Assembly (NCBI GenBank): GCA_023920165.1
Contig: CP089275.1
Location: 4,464,001 to 4,528,000, forward strand
DNA: 64,000 nucleotides
DNA from: Curvularia clavata
Lineage: Eukaryota
Direction of reading: 5' to 3'
Shown in pieces: positions 47,001-59,826 of the stretch. How positions within the stretch are numbered: position 1 is the first letter of the stretch; each line of letters starts with the position of its first letter. The notes beneath the pieces were generated by a model that saw nothing but the letters and a program-made list of their open reading frames with translations, had not been told where the DNA came from and did no database searches. The position numbers were made by a program, and so were the translations under genes.

Positions 47001-47457
47001 CCTATACAATGTGCGCACTAAGCTATGTGTTAGTGGCCTTGAATTTATACATCAAAGGTCAGAAATGCAAACTCACTGATTGTCTGCCATCGCATTTGGT
47101 TCGTAGTTGATTGCACTGATCACAGGCCCGACTGATTCTGCGCCGCACCGGCCCCGATGTAGAGTTACTGCGACCAGATCGTTCGTGAAGCATCTCTCGT
47201 TGGTGACGAGGCGCTAGAGGCCCGCTGGCATAAGGTAATCGATGGGGCTTGACGATGCCTTTTCCGTTCGGCAATACATGCCGATTGTGGTGGAACTGTA
47301 ATGCTGCGTATTGCGACGATTGTGCGAGCGAATCGAGCGACGAATGCCCCATGTGTTCCGCCGCAAGCTGGTGATGGTGATGTTGATGTTCGATTGCGTT
47401 GGGCGGAGGGACATGGCCGAATGCCGGGGGGTATTGATGGAGATTCGTGGAAAGCAT
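44046..47457 (-). CDS. xlnR: Xylanolytic transcriptional activator XlnR/Xyr1 (Zn2Cys6), ~958 aa
   Basis: Exons 47457-47077, 47017-47002, 46816-45623, 45562-45250, 45124-44299, 44192-44046. [84 protein letters not shown]. Confidence 0.97.
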
Positions 47458-48675
47458 AACTGCGTTCTCGCGTCCGTCTCCACCAAACTTCCACCACTCG
47501 AGAGCAGAGTTCCAAGTCTCAATCACGGCGGAAAAAGCCCTGAAATGTCCGTAAGGGAGACTGTAATAGGGGTGGCGGAGAGGTGGAGAGCTTTTGACAA
47601 GGCTGGGGGGTTATGCAGTGAAGGACGTCCAAGAGATATGCAGGTCAGTTGTCCAACAGACTTCTTTTGACCACAGGCGGCATGCCAGGGTTACGATATT
47701 GCACTCGGCTGCCACAGTCTCCGCTTAACGCTGAGCCTTAATGGCCGCAGTGGGGTATAACAGATCCTGTCCAGTACCTGTGGGCGCAGGATGACAATAC
47801 CGAATCGACATGGGCCGACCTGTCTCTCCTCCGGGTCCAGCTGCATCGTGCGTCAGAGAAGTCTCTGGCCACATGCTGCAAACGAGATGGGCAGCAGGGC
47901 ACGCAGGTTCGTGCGTCTGGGACTCAAAGATGGTCGTTCCGTTCCCCCATCCCCAGTTTGAGCAATCCTGCCCCCTGTAGGACCAGGGTCTTGCAGCACA
48001 CCAACATTCGACGGTGCGCACAGTCTACCAAAGCCGCTGGATCGTCGGTGCTGCGGACTGAACGGACGCATCCCAGAACGCTCGCCGCGGGTTAGACTGG
48101 CAATCAAAAAATCATATTGGCTGATCGGTGCCATCCCGACCTATATGTGGCTGATCTAAGAAGGGTGGTGTACCGATGCTGGCTCAACAAGTACCTGGAA
48201 GTACCTGCCCGTACCCAAGACCCACCCACTACTATAGCATGGCCCGTTTCCCGTTGCTGAGCGATCAAAGACACCCCAGGGTAGTGATTGGCGAACGTAG
48301 CCCGCGCTGCGGTGCGTCCGTTGACAGACGAGCCGCTGACAACACGGGACCTGGCAGTCTCCACCGCCGCCCAGACTCTCTTCTACGCGACCACCGCGGA
48401 ATAGCCACGTCTTTAGTCGCAGCACCCATGCACGTTCCCTGGCTCGAGATGCATCCTGACAGCCAGCGCTACCCGCCTCGCTGCCGGTCATACTGTACCC
48501 TGGTGAATCCGCCATCCACCGTGACCTGCGCTGATCGCCTCCGTCTCTTTCCCGCTCAGACTCGCGGAGATGGGTGGTATTGCGCGATGTGGAAAGGTCA
48601 AGAGATGTGACCCAGGAAAACGCCAGCTACTGTTACCGGAATTTTTGCCTCAGGCTGCAGGGGCGTCGACTGGGG
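46950..48675. promoter_or_regulatory. Cluster of CreA/Cre1 consensus sites (SYGGRG) in xlnR intron 2 and upstream region
   Basis: Intron 2: 46950-46955, 46962-46967, 46989-46994. Upstream: 47478, 47575, 47583, 47603, 47719, 47750, 47829, 47951, 48274, 48359, 48564, 48670. Confidence 0.5.
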
Positions 48676-51492
48676 ATCTCCCATGAAGAAATTGCTTACA
48701 CCAGAGACAACGATCCAGAAAATCCTTTCATAACCATGCTTTGCCACATTCGCAATGGTAATGCATATTATGAATCCTTTACACAAGCATAAACAAAGTC
48801 GATCCCCTGCAAGAGCCAGAGTTGAGTTTGCCAAGTCCGGACCTTAGAAGGTCCCCATGTGTTTTCAACATCAGGTCTATAACACATGGTATTATGGTGT
48901 CAACTCCAGCACTAGAGAAACAGGTGTGATACGCCTAGCCCAGCTCATTCAAAGATGCTTCGAAGCGATTGGCGTTAGCAACGCTGTAAATCCGCGCTAC
49001 GAGGTTGTCACCTTCACGGTGCAGGACGCTCCGCGCCCTCTAACAGGGCGAGTATGCGTCAATAATCTGGTACCGAGGGAGCCTTGCGCCTCCAGAAGTC
49101 TTGTTCGACGTGACTAGGCCTTCCAATAGTTTGCTGTAAGTATGGGTTGCAGTTCCAGACCATGAGACCATGAGCTAACCGGTTCAGACTACGGATATTC
49201 GGGCACAACGCTGTGATGTACACCGATTCCGTTGCGTCCTGGACGTGAGGCAATCCTCGCAAGTACTGCAAATCCAACTTGGCCTGCATCTGTCACCACA
49301 ATGACCTGCGTCCTGATGAGAGCATTAGACTGTTTTTTTTTTGGCAATCAGAAGCATCCCTAACTGCGTCAGATTGGATCTTTCTGTCTCTGCTATTGGC
49401 AACTACATTAGCTTGAGGCAACCAACAAGCAGAATTCGTTCAATTTTGCTCAAGTGCCTCCCATCATGAATCACTATGTTTGACGAAGTAGCATTGAGTG
49501 TCAAGGTAATACAGCACAAACCTTACTAGACGTTTGGTCGTCTCTTCTTGCCACTGATCTCGGAAACGGAAGATAATGGTCAAAGCCTCAAGGAGGGGGG
49601 GCGGAGGGCACTGTCCCTTGGCTACGCAAACCCGATACCACCATCGATGATCATAACTGAATACACGGGATATGCTTGAGGTCAAGACGCATACGAGACT
49701 TTCGGGCAGTGCTGGTTGCGTAGGAAACAAGTAGCGCGTGGCAAACCGTTGGAGACCTGTATTGACCAGAATGAATTTGCCTAGCTGCAGCGATATGCAT
49801 TTGTCCAGTCATTCCACTGCTATGGTAAGCTGCGCATTCGACCTATCCTGGTGGTCCCTTCTGGCACCAAGGAAACGGTCGGTCCGGCCTTGCTTGGTCC
49901 CTTTTCTTTCGAGATCACAAGACATGTCACATTCGCCTAGACAGCCCTCTGGCTGGACGATCGCGCCGTGCTTTGACTTCATCACAGTCGGGGGGTTTGG
50001 GTGGCGACCATTTAGAAAGATTTTGAAGAAGATGAGCTACGCATCGGACTCTCATCCTGTACATAGATCTATTATCGTCTTACCCTCGCCAAGTATTGAG
50101 GACAAGATGAGCAACTCTTCAAGACACAATCCGAACAGGGTACACTCAAGCCGATGGAATGATATCCATGAGTCGAATCGGTTCTTCTGTGCGAGAACAG
50201 CTCAGAGGGGTGCCAAGTTAAGCCGTGCCACATAATCATGTCAGCCTACGGGAATAGGTATCCAGCTTCTTACAGATTTACAGAAAGCGCATGTCGTCAG
50301 CGAACACGCCTGTAACCTCGAGCAGGGAAGGTGAAGAGGCAAAGAACCACGGCTTTTCATGCCGACTAAAGCTCGTTTAGTGATCTACAGATATTGCTCG
50401 CGCAGCTCTTGACATCGCTGCACGAACCGCGTGGCCAATTTGATGAGCACATGCAGAACCTGGTCATGGCGGGCAGATACGTGCCCCTTGACAAGAACAT
50501 AGACCGTTCGAGATCCAGGAAGTATGCTAGATTTCGGGTTCTGGTGTCAATCCATTTGGTGTGAGGGCCAGTTATTCGGCAGGTACCGGAGTTGGGTAAG
50601 CATTCTAGAGGTTCCGTGCAGAATGCAAGGTACTGAAGGAATCAGGGATCCTATTTGAGGGACCTCCATAGGCGGTGGTAAAGGACATTACGTGGCGTGT
50701 GCAGGAAAAAAGCACCATAAAATCCAATTCTGACGAGTGACACGGGACCGGTAAACCTGCCCTACTCTTGCAATTGAGGGCTCTGCGTTTCGGTGCGCAA
50801 GTGAGTCATGGAAGCTATTGCAGCAACGTAAATGCATGGACGGCTTCTTGATTTCATCGCATTGCGCTGGCATTGTATTATGTCACCTCTCTCATCACGT
50901 AGTCTTCCACTGAGAATGTTGTTCCACCAACGCTGTTTGCTCACTGAGAAACGCGTTGGTGACATGTCAATGAGGGGGCAGGAGACGGCCCGAACCTGAG
51001 CCGACAGCAATCTTGCATTGCTATATTAGCAACGGGCATACATTAGTCAACAGGCGTAGTCAAGTTATGCTTTCTGGTGGATGACCAGTTCAGCGGGGAC
51101 GGTCCGAGATGCTGAGCTGCTGCTGCTGCGGCACGTCCTGCACAGAAGATTGCGGCCAAGCGGCCAGAAGGCTCAGGAAATCCGGCTGTGTGGTCGATTG
51201 AGTTTCCCAAGTTTCCCTGCTCTTGACCAAAGATGGTCATAATCGCTGTCGTTGATAACAATGATAAGGAGACGCAAAAGTCCGTTTTTCGGCGTGGAGC
51301 GTGAGATTGCCTCGACGATAGTGGTACGTGCGCGAGCTAGTCCATACGTCATTTCTTTGGTGGCGGACGACGCTTCAACTCAAAATTAACTGCTTTCAAG
51401 GCGCAGCTGAATCGACATTGTGGTGTCTGCTTATTGTGCATCACCTTTTGAATTTATCCAGATAGGCTTTGTGCTGAATCTGCGCCGTCATC

Positions 51493-52998
51493 ATGTCGCT
51501 CGAGAAGATCACTACCATTTCTCCCATCACGAACCAGCCAATCCTCACACGCAATGGCCTCTCGGATGGTGATTTGCAGTCTCTCCCTGAGACAGCCGCA
51601 GCTGCGTTTGAGTCGTATCGACGCACATCGCTCGCTGAAAGGCAGGCCATTGTCAAGAAGGCTATGAAGCTGCTTAATGAGCGCCAAGATGTTTTGGGTA
51701 AAGAGATCACAGAGCAGATGGGTCGCCCTATTGCCTACACTGCCAAGGAGGTCAGCACGGCGGTTATGCGTGGCGAGTACTTGCTCAGAATTAGCGATGA
51801 GACGCTCAAGGACACGGACGGCGAGCCGGAGAAGGGATTTAAGCGTTACATCAAGAAAGTCCCTCTCGGCCCCGTGTTGATTCTATTCCCGTGGAATGTT
51901 GGTGTGGTCACGAGCTATATTTACTCTGCACATGCTGATCCTACCTGCAGTATCCATATTTGACCCTCGTCAACTCGCTAGTACCTGCTCTGCTTGCAGG
52001 AAACTCTGTCATCTTGAAGCCATCGCCACAGACGCCAACCAGTGCTGAACAGATCCAGCAGATCTTCAAGGAAGCAGGCCTGCCTGATGGTGTGCTCCAA
52101 ATTTTCCACTGTGGATCTGTTACTCAAATCGAGGCGATTGCTCGGTCACCAAAGATTCAGCTCGTTTGTTTCACTGGATCAGTAGCCAACGGACTCGCCA
52201 TCCAGCAAGCCGCGAATGATCGCGTTCCACTTAGGATTGGCCTTGAGCTAGGAGGCAAGGACCCCGCATATGTACGTTCTGATGTGGACGTCAAATGGGC
52301 CGCTGAAGAGCTCGTGGATGGTGCTGTCTTCAACTCAGGCCAGAGCTGCTGCAGTGTCGAAAGAATATATGTGGATGAGAAGGTTCACGACGATTTCGTA
52401 GCAGCAGCCCAGGAGGTACTCAGCGGATACAAACTCGGCGATCCCTTTGACAAGAGCACGCACGTTGGCCCCGTGGTTTCCAAGCGATCTGCAGAGACCA
52501 TCCGAGCGCATGTCAAGGATGCCCTTGAGAAGGGGGCCAAAGACGCTACCCCGGACAACGCGACATTCAAAAACCCACCTGCCGATGGCAACTATGTTGC
52601 CCCAACACTTCTGACAAACGTCACTCATGACATGATAGTGATGACCGAGGAGACTTTTGGCCCCGTCATCCCTATCATGAAGGTCAAGGGCGACGCAGAA
52701 GCAATTAAGCTCATGAATGACAGCCAATTTGGACTCACAGCCAGCATTTGGACCAAAGATGTCAGCAAAGGCCATGAACTTGCCGATGACGTTGAGGCTG
52801 GTACTGTCTTTGTCAATCGATGCGATTACCCTGCACCTGTAAGTAGCCCTGTCATCATGTGTATAGCGATATTAACAAAGCTAGGACCTGGCATGGGTGG
52901 GCTGGAAGGACTCTGGTAGGGGACAGACGCTGAGCAAGTTTGGTTTCGATCAATTTGTTAAGCTCAAGAGTTATCACGTTAAAGATTATCCGAAATAG
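51493..52998 (+). CDS. NAD(P)+-dependent aldehyde dehydrogenase, ~468 aa
   Basis: Exons 51493-51897, 51951-52838, 52885-52998. PWNYP, ILKPSPQTP, FTGS, LELGGKDP, NSGQSCCS (catalytic Cys), EETFGPV. Confidence 0.95.
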
Positions 52999-54068
52999 AT
53001 ACAGCATGAGAGATGCGATGCGAAATCATTTGTGCTTGCCAAAAGCAATCACCAATGGATTGATAGCTAAAAACTGCCAGAGGTATAGCCCAAGCCAACA
53101 AATCTTGCTCAGAAACTATTGAACGCCGTCCACGACTACCAAGAAGTATATCCGTGATGTTAGGTGCTTCGAGGGCTGCCTTCATGTTCATATGGAGTTA
53201 CAAGACCGCTAGGACGGAAACTCTCACCATATCTGAGCATTCCACTACTGCGAACGATTGCCTCAATACGAGTTACGTATTATTGCAGTATTGTAAATCC
53301 CTCGTACCCAGTAGCACCCTATATTGCAAGATCAAACGTCTTCTTGGATACACATGTGCCGCTTTTCAAAATATTAATAGGAAGTTTAAAACAAGTTTTG
53401 AGGCTTCTCTCAGCTCCACATGCTAAAACTTCAGTCCTTGGTTTCTCACGAACATGATTAGAAGAAAAACGTATAACATAAGTCTTAGCCCAGGCATATC
53501 CAAACCCGCAGTGGCTTCGCAAACAGTGGCGTATTCCATCATCTTGTTCCTTGCTCTGTGCTCAAAACTAGGTTTGGAAGTTTAAGCTCTAGTACCACTA
53601 TGATTCTTACACTGATTGTTATTTGGTTGCTTTCTTTTTCTTCACTATAACTGACCTTTGTACAGTCTACTTCACTATAGGATATTGTGTTTGTTCAGAT
53701 ATGATTGTGAAGATACTAGTACTTGTAAGAGACGTGAATCTGCCGTATCTTGTAGTAATACTCGAGCAAAAATTTTCTCAAAAGACATGTCTAGTAATAC
53801 TTCGACGTTACCATGCTAGCACATGGAGAAACATCGCCTTAGCAATGGGGCAGACATGGCACTGACAAGAAGTAAGCATGTATAATACAGTGCCTGATAA
53901 AAATGAAAATCAAGAACAGATAGCCTGCTATTCTTCCAAGAACTAGAGTTGCGACTCAACTCGAAGGATCATAAGCCAGTGAATATTATAACATGAAATA
54001 GATATTTGTAAGATTAGTAACATAGCACAATCATTTTCCCCGTTCAAGAAACTTGTTATTCGAGGCAA

Positions 54069-55287
54069 TTATCTCATCGGCTCTAAAACGATGTTATCAA
54101 TCAATCGAACAGGAACCTGGCAGCCCTGTGCATCCAGTCGACCCAGGTCTTCATCTTGTTGAGGTTCCTCAACAGGCAGCATCTTGACAGCGCCACTCAG
54201 GACGGCACCCTTTCTGTCATCAATCTCGTCAATTTCCTCCATAGTATCAGGATCTGCAAGACTGATATAGTCGACCTCAAACTTTGCGCGTTTGCTTGGC
54301 TCCATTTGCTCTTGCTCAAGAAGAGTCATGTCCGTATGATCATATGCAGGCCATAACACGTCATTCCGTAGCCTCATGCCGTTCTTGTACTTGAGTTCTG
54401 CCTTGCGGAGCGCTTGGTTGAGAACAATGCCGACGCTGCGACGGCGTGTACCCAGGTAGACATTGCGAGACGAAAGGGCGAGACCATCTGACTCTCTTGA
54501 TGTGGGAATTATACGCAAGTCCATGTCCAGGTGGAAGTCGGTGATTAGCCGCTTGATTACGCGAGTCTGCTGGACGTCTTTTTGGCCAAAGTAAACTCGA
54601 TCTGGCGTGCAAATGTTAAATAGCTTCATGCATACCGTTGCCACGCCACGAAAGAAAACAGGTCTTGATGCGCCTTCGAGGAGCTGGCCAAGAGGGCGCA
54701 TCTCGATGAAGCTGCCTACTCCCGGTATACTACTATCTGGGGGAAGAGTGGGATACATGGTTTTGGTGTTGGGCGCAAACACAGCGGTCACTTTGCCCTG
54801 GCCGGTGGTTGACAGTTCTTGGTTCAGCTGCTCTATCACATGGATATCTGCCTCCCATGTCTTTGGATATGAGTCAAGGTCCTCGTTTAAGCCGAATTGC
54901 GTAGGGTTAACGTAGATTGTGACAAAGACATCGGTGTTCTCCGCTGCTGCATAGCGCATGAGCGAGACATGGCCTTCGTGCAGTGCGCCCATGGTGGGAA
55001 CTAGACCGACGGTGCGCTGATTAAAACGCAGGTCCCTCCTGTAGTCGCGCAAAGGTGTGACATCCCGGAAGACATGGGGGTGTGAATTCGAAGATGAGGA
55101 ATTGGGCCGGCTCGAGGTTCTGGAGAAGAAGCGGATAGCATCACTTCCCGCTGAAGCTTGCAGCGGACGTGAGAAATTCGCCAGAAAGCATGAACGTGCT
55201 GTCGGTACTGATGCCGGTCAGTGCGATGACTCAATGGCTAGGAGCGAGGCTATATTCACCAGCTGCTGCGAATCGGAGTGGTGGCAT
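54069..55287 (-). CDS. PAN6: Pantoate--beta-alanine ligase (pantothenate synthetase), ~385 aa, with a putative mitochondrial presequence
   Basis: Exons 55287-55260 and 55198-54069. VPTMGALHEGH, VNPTQF, RPVFFRGVATVC, YFGQKD, RESDGLALSSRN, RLIDNI. Confidence 0.95.
55227..55233. promoter_or_regulatory. Gcn4/CpcA site TGACTCA in PAN6 intron 1
   Basis: Exact match inside the 61-nt first intron. Confidence 0.4.
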
Positions 55288-55613
55288 TGCGGAGAGTTGC
55301 GGAGGTGTCGTGTGGAACGAGGCGTATCTTAGCTACCCAGCTTCGCAGCGACCGGGCGGACAGGCGGGCTTCTCCCTCCACGACGTGAAGGTGGATGAAG
55401 TGCACAGAGACAGCGAAAACTCTGCCATTCCTCGCGAAGGTTGAGAATAGACAAGCCGTCTCGTTTCTGCGCTGAAGGTAGCATCATGGGCAGGCCCGAC
55501 CCGATCAAGCTTAGTGCCCCACTAAAAAGATCCCAGGTTCGAGATTTCGGATTCCCTCGCTGTTTGCGACACCCCGCAACTTTCACGACTGTCGACGACG
55601 CAGCAGAGCAGAC

Positions 55614-58115
55614 ATGGGCGACGATGGCATGCTCCTCAACTTCTCCATACCGGAAAGTGGTATCATAGCGAAGCCGACCTTCAAGGGTGGCAACTGGAAG
55701 AGTCGGCTTACAGCGAAGAAGGCGGCGCAAAACTGGCACACCAAAGCGACAGCACGACTGAACGGCGAGACGGTTCCCAAGAAGACGGTTGACCATGCCA
55801 CCAATGTGAATCGCACAGAATTGGGCACGCGTAAACCGAAACCCATCGACAACTCCGACATTCTCGACACTGGCGACAGACGACCAAAGCGAGCGCGCGT
55901 GAGCGGAGAATTCACGCCCAAGACGACCGAAAAGACGGCAGACCCAAATTTCAGGCCGCAATCAAACCCAACTACAACAAAGCGGCCTGGTGAGCAACAA
56001 AGCGCACCGAAGGGTGGAAAGCAGATTATTTCCTCGTTGTTTACGTACAATCCCACACCAACGACCAAACCGGAAGCAAGCCAACAACGCGAAGATGATG
56101 CGCCCGTCGAACCCTCGAATGCGCCGCTCAGCAGCGAACTGCATACATTTACGACACTGGGCATGTCCACAACATTGGCGAGTCATCTGTTGAACAAAAT
56201 GGACCTCAAAGCCCCTACAGCTATCCAGAAAGCAGCGATAACACAGTTGGTCAAAGACGATTCGGATGCTTTTATACAAGCCGAAACTGGTTCCGGAAAG
56301 ACGCTAGCATACCTTCTGCCCATCGTGCAGAGACTAATGGATTTGTCGGCAAACGTGAAGAAACGGAAGGTTGACGAAAATGTGCAGCGAAACTCGGGTT
56401 TGTTTGCCATCATTCTGGCACCGACACGAGAGCTGAGTAAGCAGATCGCCGTGGTACTGGAAAAGATATTGGGTTGCGCGCATTGGCTGGTAGCTACCAC
56501 CGTCATTGGTGGTGAGAAGAAGAAATCGGAAAAGGCTCGTTTACGGAAAGGTATCAATATTCTGGTCGCAACACCTGGTCGATTAGTGGACCATCTCGAA
56601 CACACAGAAGCGCTAGATGTAAGCAACGTTAGGTGGCTGGTTCTGGACGAAGGTGATCGCCTGATGGAACTTGGTTTCGAAAAAGAGATTCAGAGGATTG
56701 TCGGTTGTTTGAACCTGCGAATGCGCGCAAAGAAAGATGAAAAGTCCAGGATACCGGGACTGCCAGAGAAGCGTACCACAGTGCTTTGTTCTGCAACCAT
56801 GAAAATGGATGTGGAAAGACTGGGTCAAATAAGTTTGAAAGATGCCGTGCACATTCGAGCTGATCCGTCAGAAAAGGGACCCGAAACAAGCGAAACGAAG
56901 AGGGATGACACCTTCTCTGCGCCCGCACAGCTGAAGCAATCATATGCGGTGGTCGCACCTAAGTTACGACTGGTATCGCTAATTGCGTACCTGAAGCGAG
57001 CTTTTGCTCGAAAGGGATCAGTAATGAAGGCGATCGTCTTCATATCGTGCGCTGACTCGGTCGACTTTCACTTCGATATGCTCACTAGTGATCTTGAAGG
57101 AAAAGAAGAAGGGAAGGAAGAAAAGGAGAATGACGAGGATGAGGATGAGTCGCCCGAGGATAACAAAAAATCCAGCAAAAAGACCAAAGCGATACAATCA
57201 GATCCTACGAAACTGGAAGTAACAAGCGCAGAATCGCCTATCTTGTCAGCAAAGACACACTCAGTAACAGTGTACCGTCTTCACGGTTCCCTCCAGCAAT
57301 CTATCCGAACATCGACGCTCGCACAGTTTGCAAAGAACAAAGAACCCTCTGTCCTCATAGCTACCGATGTTGCCTCTCGTGGTCTCGATCTGCCAAATGT
57401 CGATCTAGTCATCGAATTCGACCCAGCTTTTGCACGAGAAGACCATTTGCATCGTATTGGTCGAACAGCCCGTGCTGGACGCGACGGACGTGCATGTATC
57501 TTCCTCATGCCCGGTTCCGAAGAAGGCTATGTTGAAATCCTCAAATCCGACCGCAAGGACGCTGAGGCCGGCATCCACATTGCACGCCAAGACGCAGATG
57601 ACATTCTGAACCGCGGCTTGGTGACCAGTGGTGTAATGGAAAAGAACGCCTACATGGACAAAGCAACAGACCTCCAGCTCGCCATTGAACGCTGGGCTCT
57701 AGCCTCTCCTGCTCGCCTTGAAGCTGCCCGTCGCGCGTTCCAGAGTCACATTCGCGCCTATGCTACGCACGTCGCTGACGAACGCAAGTATTTCGACATC
57801 AAGGCTCTGCACCTTGGTCATTTGGCCAAGGCCTTTGCCCTCCGTGAGCGACCGAGCGGTATGAAGGTTCCGGGTCAACGAACCGGTGCGGGCCGCAACG
57901 ACAAGACGCCTGCCAAGGTCCGTGGCGGACCGAAGGTTGATGGCGCGAGCCGTAAAGCCGCCGCCCAGTCGGGAGCATCGACAAGGAAGAAGGTTGATTT
58001 GGATCTGCCAGAAGGCCAGGATACGGATGAGGCAGCTAAGATGCGGAAGGCGGTCAGGGCAAAGGAAAAGTTTATGCGCAATGCTGGTTTGGCGAGCGAA
58101 TTCAACTTGGGTTAG
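55614..58115 (+). CDS. DBP7: DEAD-box RNA helicase Dbp7 (60S biogenesis), 833 aa
   Basis: N-terminal DDGMLLNF, FKGGNWK; AETGSGKT, APTREL, GGEKKKSEKARLRKG, DEGD, SAT, SRGLD, HRIGRTAR, HLGHLAKAFALRERP, EFNLG*. Confidence 0.96.
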   Translation: MGDDGMLLNFSIPESGIIAKPTFKGGNWKSRLTAKKAAQNWHTKATARLNGETVPKKTVDHATNVNRTELGTRKPKPIDNSDILDTGDRRPKRARVSGEFTPKTTEKTADPNFRPQSNPTTTKRPGEQQSAPKGGKQIISSLFTYNPTPTTKPEASQQREDDAPVEPSNAPLSSELHTFTTLGMSTTLASHLLNKMDLKAPTAIQKAAITQLVKDDSDAFIQAETGSGKTLAYLLPIVQRLMDLSANVKKRKVDENVQRNSGLFAIILAPTRELSKQIAVVLEKILGCAHWLVATTVIGGEKKKSEKARLRKGINILVATPGRLVDHLEHTEALDVSNVRWLVLDEGDRLMELGFEKEIQRIVGCLNLRMRAKKDEKSRIPGLPEKRTTVLCSATMKMDVERLGQISLKDAVHIRADPSEKGPETSETKRDDTFSAPAQLKQSYAVVAPKLRLVSLIAYLKRAFARKGSVMKAIVFISCADSVDFHFDMLTSDLEGKEEGKEEKENDEDEDESPEDNKKSSKKTKAIQSDPTKLEVTSAESPILSAKTHSVTVYRLHGSLQQSIRTSTLAQFAKNKEPSVLIATDVASRGLDLPNVDLVIEFDPAFAREDHLHRIGRTARAGRDGRACIFLMPGSEEGYVEILKSDRKDAEAGIHIARQDADDILNRGLVTSGVMEKNAYMDKATDLQLAIERWALASPARLEAARRAFQSHIRAYATHVADERKYFDIKALHLGHLAKAFALRERPSGMKVPGQRTGAGRNDKTPAKVRGGPKVDGASRKAAAQSGASTRKKVDLDLPEGQDTDEAAKMRKAVRAKEKFMRNAGLASEFNLG

Positions 58116-58284
58116 ATGGAATGCATTATTGTTTTTTGCAATTATATTGTCTGTAGTAGGCGCTCAATACCAAACAGAGTCTATTATTAACCATACAACA
58201 TGTTTCCTCTGCTCGAATATTGACTTGGTGAACAGATATGCTCAGCAGTACCGCCACCACCATCGTCAACCACCCAGCCCCATC

Positions 58285-59625
58285 TCAAGTCCCCCTCCTC
58301 CGACAAAACAACCCCTTGATCCTCATCCAAGCCATCTTCACCCTCGCCCCAAGCCTCTTGTTCCCACTGCCATGCCGGAAACCCCCTTTGTCTGCTTCTG
58401 TGCTTTTGACCCGGCCACACCGATGCGGAATCGTAACCTCTCCGTAACAAAAATCAGCATCATCAATATGTGGGGCAGGTGGCACAGACACCGTCCGCCT
58501 ATCAGCCCTTTCCATCATGGTAAGTATACACGGATCTGTTTCCCGGGTGCGCTGGGTATTAGTGCGAGGGCGTGAGCGGTGGCTTTGGTCAGGGCAAGAA
58601 CAAACGGAGCGCTCAGACTCGTTACCACCTTCGTCATCCACACGGACTTGATGGCTGAGGGGTGTAGTTGATGGTAAAGGAGAGGGTAGAGGCTGCGTGG
58701 GTGCAGCAGTGCAGGAAACGTCAGATAGGTCTGAGCGGGACCGCGTGTGGCCGGACTGCTCGTCGCCTTCGGCCAGAGGCCTCAAGAGGTGGGGTTGCGG
58801 GTGCAGGTTCGCATCCAGGACACGCAGGAGAGACGGGATTTGCGATGTGGATGATGAGGTTTGCTCTTCAAGAGTAGGAGGACTTGGTCTTTGGACTGTG
58901 TAGACCTGATGTGTTTTTGCAGGCGGCATGCCTGGAGTGTTTGTTAGTATATATCAGTCAGCCTGTTGAAAGCGTTGATAGAATGGGAAATTACCATTTG
59001 CTTTGTGATGCTGCCCAGTTTCGGTGGGTGACGCCAGCGAAGGAATCGGTGTACTGGCTCTGGCTATGTTTCCTTTGGCCTCGCCCATACTGCACTGCTC
59101 CGCCTCCATTTGCTCTGTTTTTTCAATGTCCTCTTCACCTCCCAGCGTACTCTGACCCGACGTTGCAAAAGGCGGCTTTGTGAAGTCCAACTGTAGGCTT
59201 GGTGCATTCATTGATGTTGGCTTAGCTTTTCCTTTTGTTGGTGTTAATACCTTTTCTGTACCCTCACTATCAGAACCCTCATCTGCATCTGTTTTGAGTT
59301 GAAATGGATATGGTGTTTGAGGTCTTGTCGGCATCGAGGAGTGCCCTGTAGACCACGAAGTTAGAGCGGCTTGGCTGGCAAAATGTACGTGGTTGTGTGG
59401 TAGACTTTGGTTTGGAGTTTCTTCAGGGAGGCGTCTTGTTGTTCCACATTCGGATTGTATGCGACGTAGGTGTCTTTCACTGCTCTGTTCTGGATGACTG
59501 CATGATGCTGAGCGGGCAAGTTCAGGCGCATTGAGTGGGGATCTGGACGGACAGGGCGATGAGCCTATTCCAGAATCCGCAGATGGTTCCTCGTCAAATG
59601 AGGATGTCGAAATTGGCCGAGGCAT
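58285..59625 (-). CDS. Low-complexity Ser/Pro-rich hypothetical protein, ~425 aa
   Basis: Exons 59625-58995 and 58931-58285 joined by a GTAATT..TACTAAC..CAG intron that keeps the frame. Confidence 0.6.
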
Positions 59626-59826
59626 GATGTGTAAAAAAACGAACAGCTGTGTAATAAGTTTGGTGGCTTCGTAACGCAAAGGGAAGTCTGGAGTTAGCTA
59701 CATATACCCATTAGCAGTTGAAAGGGTGTGCGGGCGAATACAGCATGCTGCACATTGAAAAAACATGTGAATAAAGTGGCTTCGAAAGCTAACCAAGGTT
59801 CCATTCTCGACTGCAAACTCTGGTTA

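Noticed and set aside
50230..50690. Possible decayed minus-strand gene between xlnR and ALDH
   Set aside because: Stops in all frames and no family resemblance I can support.
57886..58575. 229-aa plus-strand ORF overlapping the DBP7 end and antisense to the next gene
   Set aside because: Shadow ORF of two real CDSs; low complexity, non-ATG start.
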